From positions 1 to 56,876 of the forward strand of contig CAZKVS010000006.1 in the NCBI GenBank assembly GCA_964556325.1: DNA of 56,876 bases, written 5' to 3'. The notes beneath the pieces are model-generated. The model had not been told where the DNA came from. It made no database searches and saw only the letters and a program-made list of their open reading frames with translations. Of the stretch, positions 17,002 through 26,211 are shown piece by piece. How positions within the stretch are numbered: position 1 is the first letter of the stretch; each line of letters opens with the position of its first letter. This DNA is from an uncultured Candidatus Saccharibacteria bacterium (GTDB taxonomy: Bacteria > Patescibacteriota > Doudnabacteria > UBA920). The position numbers were made by a program, and so were the translations under genes.

Positions 17002-18546
17002 ATGAACCAGGAAGAATACAAACCGGTAATTGGACTAGAAGTCCACATTCAACTTCGTACTAAGTCGAAGATGTTTGGGAGTGCCCGAAATGACCAGAAT
17101 GCAGACCAGCCCAATATAAACATAGACGAAATTGTAACCGCTCAGCCGGGTAGTTTGCCGGTCGCAAACAAAGAAGCCATACGTTTAGCTGCAAAAATGG
17201 GGTTGGCGTTGAACTGCACGATAGATGAGTGGAGTAAGTTTGACCGTAAACATTATTTTTATCCGGATTTGCCAAAGGGTTATCAAATTTCTCAACTTGA
17301 CCAGCCTATAGCCAAAGAGGGGTATATAGATATAGAAATTTCTAATTCCCAATTACCAATTCCTAATGAAAATACGGATACTCAAGGCACTATTAAGCGC
17401 ACTAAGCGTATTTTGATTCAGCGGGCACATCTTGAGGAAGACGCGGGTAAAAATATTCACCCGGATGGGTTGTCATATTCGTTAGTAGATTACAACCGAG
17501 CAGGTACACCGCTTTTGGAAATAGTAACCCACCCGTGCATTGAAAGTGCTGAAGAAGCTCGGAAATACTTAGAAGAGTTGCAGCGCATTGCTCGCTATGT
17601 GGGTGCAAGTGACGCAGATATGGAGAAAGGGAGTATGCGCTGTGAGCCGAGTATTTCTGTGCGCATGCCCGGTGAAGAGGGTTTGCCACCCTATAAGTGC
17701 GAAGTCAAAAACATTAACTCTTTTAAATTTGTAGAGCAGGCCATTGCCTACGAAATTGTCCGTCAGACTGAAATGCGGAAGAATGGTCAAACTCCGAAGC
17801 AGGTAACTATGGGTTGGAATGAAAAAGAGAATGTAACCGTAGAACAGCGAAGCAAAGAAGAAGCAAATGACTATCGGTACATGCCGGAACCGGATTTGCC
17901 ACCGCTACATTTTACTCAAGAGTATTTAGATGAGCTTCGGGGTGAGCTGCCGGAGTTGCCGCAGGCAAAGCGAATAAGGTTTACCAGCGAATATGGTTTG
18001 CCCGAAGCAGACGTCGAAAATTTAATCAACTGGAAAGAGCTTACTTTTTACTTTGAAAATGCAGTAAGTGAGTTAGACGCGTGGGTGGAGACATCTGCAT
18101 CCGCAGGGCAAAGTTTGAATCGGGCCAAGCTTATTAAGCAGGCCGCAAATTGGTGTTTGCAGGATTTTAGTGCATTTTTGAACGCAGCCAAGCAAAACCC
18201 TGATGACTCTACGGTAACACCGGAGAACTTGGCTGAGCTTGTTACGCTCATCGAAGAGGGAAAAATCTCTAGTTCTGCTGCCAAACAAGTATTTAAGTTT
18301 ATGTTTGAAAAGGGCGGAGAGCCAGATGCGATTGTCCGCGATTTAGGTTTAGAACAGGTAAGCGACGAGTCGGCCATTGGAGCAGTTATAGATCAAGTGC
18401 TCACCGTGAATGCAAAGGCGGTGGAAGACTATAAAGCTGGTCAGCAGAAGTCTTTTGGATTCTTGGTGGGACAAGCTATGAAAGAACTAAAAGGCAAGGG
18501 TAACCCACAAATGGTCAATGACCTTCTGAAGAAAAAGTTGGAATAA
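17002..18546 (+). CDS. gatB: Asp/Glu-tRNA(Asn/Gln) amidotransferase subunit B
   Basis: YKPVIGLEVHIQL, HLEEDAGK and a C-terminal YqeY-like tail. The start is taken at ATG 17002, 14 nt after the gatA stop. Confidence 0.92.
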   Translation: MNQEEYKPVIGLEVHIQLRTKSKMFGSARNDQNADQPNINIDEIVTAQPGSLPVANKEAIRLAAKMGLALNCTIDEWSKFDRKHYFYPDLPKGYQISQLDQPIAKEGYIDIEISNSQLPIPNENTDTQGTIKRTKRILIQRAHLEEDAGKNIHPDGLSYSLVDYNRAGTPLLEIVTHPCIESAEEARKYLEELQRIARYVGASDADMEKGSMRCEPSISVRMPGEEGLPPYKCEVKNINSFKFVEQAIAYEIVRQTEMRKNGQTPKQVTMGWNEKENVTVEQRSKEEANDYRYMPEPDLPPLHFTQEYLDELRGELPELPQAKRIRFTSEYGLPEADVENLINWKELTFYFENAVSELDAWVETSASAGQSLNRAKLIKQAANWCLQDFSAFLNAAKQNPDDSTVTPENLAELVTLIEEGKISSSAAKQVFKFMFEKGGEPDAIVRDLGLEQVSDESAIGAVIDQVLTVNAKAVEDYKAGQQKSFGFLVGQAMKELKGKGNPQMVNDLLKKKLE

Positions 18547-18606
18547 CAAAGAGTTTCTCAGGGGCTTCTATTGGATTCACGTGCGTACCCCGTAGCATGT
18601 AAAATG

Positions 18607-18675
18607 CAACGTTTTTCGCTGCCGCAACGCTCAGCGTTGCGATAGTCGCGCTAAGCGCGATTGCGAAAAACGTTG
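18607..18675. terminator. GC-rich three-way palindrome between convergent gatB and miaA (probable bidirectional terminator)
   Basis: The outer 13-bp stem pairs CAACGTTTTTCGC (18607-18619) with GCGAAAAACGTTG (18663-18675). It encloses two hairpins, GCAACGC/GCGTTGC (18624-18640) and TCGCGC/GCGCGA (18646-18660). Confidence 0.55.
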
Positions 18676-18725
18676 TATTTGAATATCTTACGGATTTTTC
18701 CATTCACAAATAGGCTATGCGATGG

Positions 18726-19679
18726 CTATTGTACCGTGTGCTGTTCGTATTTTTTGAACCAGGTTTCCTGGCGTTTGGCGTATTGCTGGATAGACTTAAG
18801 CGCTTGGGTGTACATGGCCGCATAGTCTATGCGTCCACGCATGTACTCAGTGGCGAAGGTGTATTCGAGCCCAAACTCTGCTATGCGTTTCCAACTGACT
18901 CCGCTCGCGCGAAGCTTTTTTATTTCTTTGAATAACGCGTCTCGTTTGAGCCATTCTTTCAGACGTTTCTCAATTTTTTTGTATAGTTCTGCACGAGGTG
19001 GATTGAGATAGTGAATTTCAACAGGGAGCAAATAGGGCTCATGAGACGTATTGGACCTATAAGTCAGATGTGTCATATTTGGTGCTGCTTGTGGGACGGG
19101 TACTGGCTTCCCGGTTACGTGGATTATTTCTAATGCCCGAATGAGGCGGCGCGGGTTGTGCGAGTCTATTGTTTGGGCGCGTTTGGGGTCGAGTTTTTTG
19201 AGCAGCGTAAATAGTTGTTCCCGTGTTTTGGTTTCGAGTATTTTTCTGTATGCAAAATCGGGTTTTACATCCGGGATGACTTGGTTAAATAGCACGGCAT
19301 CAACATAGAGTCCAGTGCCGCCGCAGATAATGGGAGTTTTCCCTCTTCGTATTATATCGGCTATGGCAAGCTCGGCATCGTGCTTGAAGTCAGTGACCGC
19401 ATATTGTTTTTTAGGGGAAATGTAGTCGATACAATGGTGGGGTATACCTTTATACACAAACACCTTCGACTCCGTCTTGCTTCTTCCGCGGCCGCGGATT
19501 TTAAAGGACGTCCAATGACCGAGGACTTTACCCGTGCCAATGTCGAGATTTTTATATACCTGCCTGGAGTCAGCAGAAATAATTTCTCCGTTACATTTTC
19601 TGGCTAGTTTAACGGTGTATTCGCTTTTACCGCTCGCGGTCGGTCCAATTACCACGATAATTTTTGGCTGGTTAGTCAT
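18726..19679 (-). CDS. miaA: tRNA dimethylallyltransferase
   Basis: P-loop VIGPTASGKS, then ISADSRQVYKNLDIGTGK and HHCID. It carries an insertion (HWTSFKIRGRGRSKTESKVFVY) relative to my memory of typical MiaA. Confidence 0.9.
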   Translation of the reverse strand: MTNQPKIIVVIGPTASGKSEYTVKLARKCNGEIISADSRQVYKNLDIGTGKVLGHWTSFKIRGRGRSKTESKVFVYKGIPHHCIDYISPKKQYAVTDFKHDAELAIADIIRRGKTPIICGGTGLYVDAVLFNQVIPDVKPDFAYRKILETKTREQLFTLLKKLDPKRAQTIDSHNPRRLIRALEIIHVTGKPVPVPQAAPNMTHLTYRSNTSHEPYLLPVEIHYLNPPRAELYKKIEKRLKEWLKRDALFKEIKKLRASGVSWKRIAEFGLEYTFATEYMRGRIDYAAMYTQALKSIQQYAKRQETWFKKYEQHTVQ

Positions 19680-19724
19680 TATGATACAATTATAGTAGTT
19701 CTAGTCATTTTTGAGAACAAACGT

Positions 19725-20267
19725 ATGAATAAAAAAACCGTAATCCCTATTGTTATAGTGCTTGTCATCTTATGCGGTGCGGGAATATTGGTAGCGCGGC
19801 GAAGTGCGGATATGGCCGAGGTGGCGCCTGGGCAGAATATAACCTCTCCTGCGTCGACTGTAACCGAAGATAACTCCCAACTAGCAGTGGCGACTGCAAC
19901 AATTCCAGAACCGCCGGCGATGCCTACTATGCAACCTTCAGAGGTAGCAGGGCATTTTAGTGGTGAAAGCGACATAGAAGGGAGTGATGTGCAGGTGTTT
20001 GATGTTATATATGATGGCACCACGTTTAGTCTGAGTAGTCTTTCTGTTAAAAACGGGGATGTCGTTATATTTAAAAATAAATCAAAAGTTGAATTTCGAC
20101 CGGCGTCTAACCCGCACCCTACCCATACAGACTATCCCGAATTTGACGCAAAGCAGCCCATAGCCGCAGGAAAATCTTATCAGTTTAAGTTTACCAAAAA
20201 TGGAATCTGGAAGTTTCACGACCACTTAAACCCATCTGCGCAGGGTACTATCACCGTAACGCCGTAG
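19725..20267 (+). CDS. membrane-anchored cupredoxin-like domain protein (tentative)
   Basis: 180 aa with an N-terminal TM helix. The C-terminal ~90 aa form a beta-rich domain with His-rich motifs (NPHPTHTDYPEF, WKFHDHLNP). The assignment is by pattern only. Confidence 0.4.
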   Translation: MNKKTVIPIVIVLVILCGAGILVARRSADMAEVAPGQNITSPASTVTEDNSQLAVATATIPEPPAMPTMQPSEVAGHFSGESDIEGSDVQVFDVIYDGTTFSLSSLSVKNGDVVIFKNKSKVEFRPASNPHPTHTDYPEFDAKQPIAAGKSYQFKFTKNGIWKFHDHLNPSAQGTITVTP

Positions 20268-20327
20268 CGTATATATGGTGTGTTGGGCCGGCTTACCAGA
20301 GATATTGATTCGACTTTACTACCACTT

Positions 20328-21164
20328 ATGGAATGGCAGACACTAGGACATGAACGAATACGTGAAGTATTAAGCCGGCAACTCATGGCCGGGAGAATGT
20401 CGCAAGCCTATTTATTTGTAGGCCCCTCCGGGGTAGGCAAACACACGCTTGCCGCCGAATTTGCGCGTAAAATTTTTAAAACAGAAGAGGCTCATCAGCA
20501 ACCTATTGAGTTCAGTTTTGCCCAAAGTTCTTTGGAGGAAGTGCGGGGGCTTACTCATCAGTTATCGCTTCGACCTCAATCTGGAACCACCCAAGTGGCG
20601 ATTTTGGACCATGTGGAGGAAATGACCGGTGCTGCGGCGAATGCGTTGCTCAAGTCTATTGAAGAACCTTCACCTTCTACAATTTTATTGCTCATTGCAA
20701 GTCGGGACAATGCCTTGGCCACTATTCGTTCTCGTTGTCAGGTGTTTCAATTCGGTAGGCTTTCCTCTCTGCACATGCATGCATGGGCAGAGATGCGGGG
20801 TTATGGAGCAGAGCAGGAAGCAGCCCTCCTCGCTGCAGACGGTAGTCCGGGCCAGTTTTTAGTTCAAGGGCAAGCGGCACATGCACAGGCTCGCACACAG
20901 TGGGTAGTACACCGAGAGGACTTTCAAGCATTGGTGCAAGCCCCGCTCGCCGAAAGGCTGAGCTTTATAAGTCGGTGGGCAGGAGATGACGCCGAAGTAA
21001 GTAGTGCTCGTATTGCGGCATGGTTGACCATATTGTATAAACAGCCCGCTCTCTGCAAAGAAACGACTAAGTCATTATCCGTACTGCTTGAGGCATGGCG
21101 GAGATTACAAACAAATGCAAATAAAAAATTAGTACTTGAATATGTCTGTATCAACATTCTTTAG
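20328..21164 (+). CDS. holB: DNA polymerase III delta' subunit
   Basis: AYLFVGPSGVGKHTLA (P-loop), NALLKSIEEPSPSTILLLIA and TIRSRCQVFQF. The start is taken at ATG 20328; the track ORF starts at GTG 20280. Confidence 0.75.
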   Translation: MEWQTLGHERIREVLSRQLMAGRMSQAYLFVGPSGVGKHTLAAEFARKIFKTEEAHQQPIEFSFAQSSLEEVRGLTHQLSLRPQSGTTQVAILDHVEEMTGAAANALLKSIEEPSPSTILLLIASRDNALATIRSRCQVFQFGRLSSLHMHAWAEMRGYGAEQEAALLAADGSPGQFLVQGQAAHAQARTQWVVHREDFQALVQAPLAERLSFISRWAGDDAEVSSARIAAWLTILYKQPALCKETTKSLSVLLEAWRRLQTNANKKLVLEYVCINIL

Positions 21165-22338
21165 ACAGCCTCGCTTACGAGCTGGGCGACGCATTGCAAT
21201 GAGTCTTACCCTAGTGCTGTTGTTGGCCGCGGGTTGTAAAAGCCCTTTGGATACCAGCGTCAGTGGAGGGGGTATTGTAAAAACTGTAAACGGCGGTCAA
21301 GACTGGTCCGCTCAAAACAAGGCAGAGCCGACTATTAACTCCAAAGGCAAGCAGTCCGCACCCGCCCAATCGGCTTTGGCTTCCAGTAGTGTTACGAAAT
21401 TAAGTTTTGCTCCTAATAGCTCCACAAAATTATTTGCAGCAGCGCTGGCGCAAGGACTTTTTTTCTCCGGCAACAGTGCGGATACCTGGACTCAGATTTT
21501 ATCCAAGTTTAATGTGTTTGATTTTGTAGTTGACCCAACTAACGAGGATCACATATACGTTGCTGGACAGTCGACTACTCATGCGCGTGTACTAGAGACA
21601 AAAGACCACGGCAAGTCATGGCAAGAAATATTTAATGATGCCGTCAGTCAAAACTCCGCTCGGTCTATTGCTCTGAATCCGACCGACACAAAGCAGATTT
21701 TAGTAGGGCTCAATTCGGGAGATTTATTGCAAAGTAAAGATGGTGGTCAAACCTGGAGCTTAATTCAAAATTTCCAGGACTCAGTCCAACAAATTACCTG
21801 GCCAACATCGGGTTTGCTCTATGTATTGACTCGGGTAAAGGGTCTCTATTTGAGTCGAGACGGGGGCTTGACTCTTGAAAATATTAGTAAGCCGTTACAG
21901 GATTTGAGTGTATGGAGAAAGAGCTTGCCCACACCGCCTGCCCCTCCGACAGATGACCAGACAGCAGTCGTAAATACTATTTTACCTCCGAATACGGTTC
22001 AAACTTTTTATCGGCTTGCGGTGGACCCGAAGAACCCAAATATAATATATGTGACCGGTGATAATGGGGTTTTCTCCAACGCTGATGGTGGGGTATTGTG
22101 GCGCTATTTGAAATTGCCCCTGAGGCGCACTGATAATTCTGCGGTCCGGGCAGTGGGTTTGGGCGATCAGGGGGCTACCTTGTACGTTGGGGTGGCCAAT
22201 ACCGTTTATAAAAGTACGAATCAAGGACAGGCGTGGCAGGTTACGGCTATTGCCACCGACGCCGCAATCAACTATATTTTAGTAGACTTTAACGTACCAT
22301 CCGTAGCATATATTGGTCTGACGGGTGCTCGATATTAA
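21136..22338 (+). CDS. lipoprotein with BNR/Asp-box beta-propeller repeats (Ycf48/sialidase-like fold)
   Basis: Lipobox LLLAAGC. Repeated SxDxGxxW-type boxes are present (VNGGQDWS, TKDHGKSWQ, SKDGGQTWS, SRDGGLT, STNQGQAWQ). The gene overlaps the holB 3' end by 29 nt. Confidence 0.7.
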   Translation: MNMSVSTFFRQPRLRAGRRIAMSLTLVLLLAAGCKSPLDTSVSGGGIVKTVNGGQDWSAQNKAEPTINSKGKQSAPAQSALASSSVTKLSFAPNSSTKLFAAALAQGLFFSGNSADTWTQILSKFNVFDFVVDPTNEDHIYVAGQSTTHARVLETKDHGKSWQEIFNDAVSQNSARSIALNPTDTKQILVGLNSGDLLQSKDGGQTWSLIQNFQDSVQQITWPTSGLLYVLTRVKGLYLSRDGGLTLENISKPLQDLSVWRKSLPTPPAPPTDDQTAVVNTILPPNTVQTFYRLAVDPKNPNIIYVTGDNGVFSNADGGVLWRYLKLPLRRTDNSAVRAVGLGDQGATLYVGVANTVYKSTNQGQAWQVTAIATDAAINYILVDFNVPSVAYIGLTGARY

Positions 22339-22350
22339 TAGCTAATTAAA

Positions 22351-22420
22351 AAGAAATGAGAAATGAGTCGTGAGACGTGAGTGGTGCCACCACCCATGCT
22401 CATTCCTCAAGTCTCATTCC
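22351..22420. repeat. word hairpin, family GAGAAATGAG/CTCATT (upstream of frr)
   Basis: aagaaatgagaaatgagtcgtgagacgtgag opposes ctcattcctcaagtctcattcc. The same family is found at 47268-47331. Confidence 0.6.
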
Positions 22421-22434
22421 TAATACTTAATTTC

Positions 22435-22992
22435 ATGTTTGAAAATTTATTGAACGAGTTTAATCCCCAATTCTCAAAGATTATTGAGCATTTGCACCAC
22501 GATCTTGCCGGTATTCGGACTGGTCGGGCCAATCCTGCTTTACTCAATTCCGTACATGTGGAAGCCTATGGTATGAGCCAGCCTTTAAACCAGGTAGCCA
22601 ACGTATCTGTATCAGATAGCCGTACGTTAGTGGTGACTCCGTGGGATAAGGGGTTATTGGGTGCCATCGATAAAGCTATTCAGGCAGCCAATTTGGGACT
22701 TAATCCGAGCAGCGATGGCCAAATATTGCGTATCAGTTTACCCGCGCTTAGCGAAGAGCGAAGAAAAGAGCTAGTAAAAGTGGTGAATGGTTTGGCAGAA
22801 AAGGCTCGCATTGGAATTCGTAACATTCGTGAGGACATGCTGAAGAGCGCTAAGAAGCAAGAAGCAGAGGGCGAAATTAGTAAAGACGATATGGCCCACG
22901 TCCAAAAAAAAGTTCAAGAAGTGGTAGATAAGTTAAACGAAGAAATTAAGGGTATTGTTTCCGATAAAGAAAAAGAAGTAATGACCGTGTAG
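22435..22992 (+). CDS. frr: ribosome recycling factor
   Basis: DLAGIRTGRANPALLNSVHVEAYG and LSEERRKELVK. The start is taken at ATG 22435. Confidence 0.92.
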   Translation: MFENLLNEFNPQFSKIIEHLHHDLAGIRTGRANPALLNSVHVEAYGMSQPLNQVANVSVSDSRTLVVTPWDKGLLGAIDKAIQAANLGLNPSSDGQILRISLPALSEERRKELVKVVNGLAEKARIGIRNIREDMLKSAKKQEAEGEISKDDMAHVQKKVQEVVDKLNEEIKGIVSDKEKEVMTV

Positions 22993-23078
22993 ATAGCTAG
23001 TTAGCAACTAGTGCGCGAGCGGTTAGCTAACTGCTAACTGCCTAATTGCTAACTCGCTAACCGGCTAACTGCTAAAAT

Positions 23079-24236
23079 ATGATTATAACTATTCTAATTA
23101 CTGTTATTGTGCTCGGCCTGCTCGTGTTTGTCCACGAGCTTGGTCATTTTATTATGGCAAAACGGGCTCACATGCAAGTTGATGAGTTTGGTTTTGGCTT
23201 TCCTCCGAGGCTTGTTGGGGTGCAACGCGTGCAAGGGGTCTGGAAAGTTGTTTGGGGTCCAAAGTCTACGGTGGAACATGGGCAAACAGTCTATTCTTTA
23301 AATAGTATTCCCTTGGGTGGCTTTGTGAAAATTGTGGGAGAGAATGGCGATGATATAGAGCACCCGAATAGTTTTTCACACAAGAGTTTTTTTGCTCGTT
23401 TGAGCACCCTGCTTGCCGGGGTTATTATGAATGTCATTTTGGCCTGGGTGCTTATGTCTATTGGGTTTGCCTGGGGTGTGCCAGCTGTGGTTGAAGCCGA
23501 TACGGTGCTGCAGCACGGCGCGCGTCTTTCTGCTCCTCGAGTGACTATTTTAGATGTAGAGGCGGGGAGTCCTGCCGCAGCTGCAGGACTGCATGGGGGA
23601 GATGGAATTTTGCAGATTGACGATGTGGACGTAACAAACATTGCGAGCGTGCAGTCATACGTAACCGAGCACAAAGGGCAAACGTTCCGTGTGCGCATTA
23701 TGCGTGGTCAGACCGAACATGAATTTTCTGTTCAATCACGGAGCCAGCCGGGGCCGGATGAAGGCCCGACTGGGATAGCGCTGGGAATGGTGGGGCTGCT
23801 GAGATATCCATGGTATTATGCGCCCGTGATGGGTATACAGAGTGTATATGGTCAAGTCGCCAATATTTTTGTTGGATTATATAGCTTGGTGAGTGGGCAC
23901 GTAACCTTTGGTCAGCTAGGCGGACCGGCTAAGATAGCCCAATTGACGGGACAAGCGAGCCAACTTGGGCTTGCGTATGTGTTACAATTTACTGCCTTTC
24001 TATCTTTAAATTTAGCAGTATTTAACGTCTTGCCCATTCCGGCTCTTGATGGGGGTCGTGTGCTTTTTCTCATTATTGAGAAAATTCGGGGGAAGAAAAA
24101 CAATCAAACCATAGAAGCCTGGGTAAACTCTGTGGGGTTTATAGCCCTCTTGGTTTTAATTCTTGCTGTTTCGGTAAATGACGTGCGTAGTTTTGGTGGC
24201 GTGGGCCACGTGGTGAGTAAGCTATTTGGCAACTAA
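23079..24236 (+). CDS. rseP: RIP metalloprotease RseP (site-2 protease, M50 family) with PDZ domain
   Basis: HELGHF zinc motif near the N-terminus, a central PDZ-like segment (GSPAAAAGLHGGDGILQIDD) and C-terminal NVLPIPALDGG. Confidence 0.9.
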   Translation: MIITILITVIVLGLLVFVHELGHFIMAKRAHMQVDEFGFGFPPRLVGVQRVQGVWKVVWGPKSTVEHGQTVYSLNSIPLGGFVKIVGENGDDIEHPNSFSHKSFFARLSTLLAGVIMNVILAWVLMSIGFAWGVPAVVEADTVLQHGARLSAPRVTILDVEAGSPAAAAGLHGGDGILQIDDVDVTNIASVQSYVTEHKGQTFRVRIMRGQTEHEFSVQSRSQPGPDEGPTGIALGMVGLLRYPWYYAPVMGIQSVYGQVANIFVGLYSLVSGHVTFGQLGGPAKIAQLTGQASQLGLAYVLQFTAFLSLNLAVFNVLPIPALDGGRVLFLIIEKIRGKKNNQTIEAWVNSVGFIALLVLILAVSVNDVRSFGGVGHVVSKLFGN

Positions 24237-24243
24237 TAGTAAC

Positions 24244-24350
24244 ATTGACAAAAATGACAAAATTTAAAAAAATGACAAAATTTGCACAGAGAATTCCGAC
24301 ATGCTAATTTTTGTCAATTTTGTTCAATTTTATTTAATTCTGTTCAATTA
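24244..24350. repeat. word hairpin, family TTGACAAAA/TTTTGTCAA (upstream of proS)
   Basis: cattgacaaaaatgacaaaat opposes atttttgtcaattttgttcaa. A related copy lies at 54252-54340. Confidence 0.6.
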
Positions 24351-24353
24351 ATT

Positions 24354-26063
24354 ATGCGACAATCTAAATATTTTTTGAAAACGAGTAAAACTGTCTCCGA
24401 AGAAGAGACGGCGGCTTCTTCTCGACTGTTAAAGCAAGCGGGGTATGTGCGTGAATCGGTGGCGGGCCGGTATTACTTTTTACCGATTGGACAGCGTGTG
24501 CAGCAGAAGGTAATGAAAATTGTAAAGGAAGAGATGGATGCGGCCGGAGCTCAGGAGATGATTAGCCCAATTTTGCACCCGCTTGAATTGTGGCAGGAGA
24601 CAAATCGAACCAACACGGCCGGGTTCGAACTTATGAAGGTAAGAGATCGACGAGGAAGTGAGTTTGCGTTGGGTGGAACGGCCGAAGAAATGTTTGTAGA
24701 TTTGGTGCGCAAGTTTACGATAAGTTATCGGGACCTCCCTTTTCATATATACCAATTTTCGCCTAAGTTCCGAGATGAGCTGCGAGCTCGGGGAGGGTTG
24801 TTGCGCGTTCGAGAATTTATTATGAAAGACGGGTATTCTTTTCATGCGAATGAAGAGGATTTTAAGCTCGAGTATGAAAAAATGAAAGGTGTGTATAGTC
24901 GAATTTTTTCACGATTGGGCTTGCAGACGGATATTGTCGCTGCCGACAACGGGTACATAGGGGGGGAGTATTGCCATGAATTTATTGCCGAAAGCGAAGT
25001 TGGCGAAAGTCGGTATTTTGTAACCGAGGATGGGAGTATTGCGGCGCATGAAGATGTTGCGGTATTCAAGAAGAACCCAGCAAATGCAGATGCAGAGCAA
25101 TTGCCCCTGACTACTGTAGAACAACCGGACTGGGTGCGAAACATGGATGAAAATGAAAAACATTATGGAAAGTCAAAGAACCATTTTCTAAAAAATGTTG
25201 TATATAAAAATTCTAGGACTGGGCAAATAGTTATTGCTACGGTGACTGGGGATTTGGAAGTCAATAAGACAAAATTGGAGCAAGTGACTCATATGGTGGG
25301 TCAGCTTGAAGATGCAGAGGAAGCCGATTTGGCTGCGCTTGGTACCAAGTCTGGCTACGTGCATTCATGGGGGTATGCGGGAGTGCTTACCGTTGCAGAT
25401 GATGTGTTTCTGACGGCTCGTAACTTAATTGGTGGTCAAAAGACTGAAACTACCGATACTGTACAGGTGAACTATGGTCGTGACTTTACCTGCGATATTG
25501 TGGCGGATATTGCTATGGCAGGGGGTGATAGCTTGGCCTCGAATGGTCAGAAATATATTGAGAAAAAAGGAATTGAGGTGGGGAATATATTTCAGCTGGG
25601 CTATCATTATTCTTCGTTAATGAAAGGGGCGGCTTTTACCGCAGAAGACGGTACTGAAAAGCCATACTATATGGGTTGCTATGGTATTGGCATTGGCCGA
25701 ACTATGGCGGCAGTGGTAGAAGCCCATCACGACGAGAAAGGAATTATGTGGCCGGACAGTGTGGCTCCTTTCCAAGTGCATCTGATTGCCCTTCCGGGAA
25801 AGGATGCGGAGACTATATTTTCTGCCGCAGATAAGCTGTATTCTGAACTTCTAGACGCAGGGGTAGAAGTATTGTACGATGATAGGACTGATGTTTCTCC
25901 TGGTGAAAAATTTGCTGATTCTGATTTGATTGGTATTCCTGTTCGGCTCGTCGTTTCTCAGAAAACGTTGGCTGAACAATCAGTGGAGTACAAACAACGC
26001 ACTGCGAGCGCAGGCGAGCTTGTGCTGCTGGGCGGTATCGTACAAAAAATGCGCAGCGTCTAA
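24354..26063 (+). CDS. proS: prolyl-tRNA synthetase
   Basis: Class II aaRS motifs (FRDELRARGGLLRVREFIMKD, GCYGIGIGR) and an anticodon-binding C-terminal domain. The start is taken at ATG 24354. Confidence 0.9.
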   Translation: MRQSKYFLKTSKTVSEEETAASSRLLKQAGYVRESVAGRYYFLPIGQRVQQKVMKIVKEEMDAAGAQEMISPILHPLELWQETNRTNTAGFELMKVRDRRGSEFALGGTAEEMFVDLVRKFTISYRDLPFHIYQFSPKFRDELRARGGLLRVREFIMKDGYSFHANEEDFKLEYEKMKGVYSRIFSRLGLQTDIVAADNGYIGGEYCHEFIAESEVGESRYFVTEDGSIAAHEDVAVFKKNPANADAEQLPLTTVEQPDWVRNMDENEKHYGKSKNHFLKNVVYKNSRTGQIVIATVTGDLEVNKTKLEQVTHMVGQLEDAEEADLAALGTKSGYVHSWGYAGVLTVADDVFLTARNLIGGQKTETTDTVQVNYGRDFTCDIVADIAMAGGDSLASNGQKYIEKKGIEVGNIFQLGYHYSSLMKGAAFTAEDGTEKPYYMGCYGIGIGRTMAAVVEAHHDEKGIMWPDSVAPFQVHLIALPGKDAETIFSAADKLYSELLDAGVEVLYDDRTDVSPGEKFADSDLIGIPVRLVVSQKTLAEQSVEYKQRTASAGELVLLGGIVQKMRSV

Positions 26064-26211
26064 ATGCGTCTGTAGAATAAAAATAAAAATTTTAACTCAA
26101 AAGTAGTAGGTATAATTTTGTATGCTTTTGAGTTTTTTTATGTCTCTACCGTCTTCGTCGCTCTGATTTACTACTGAGTACTAATTACTGTTTACTAACT
26201 ACTTCATTATC

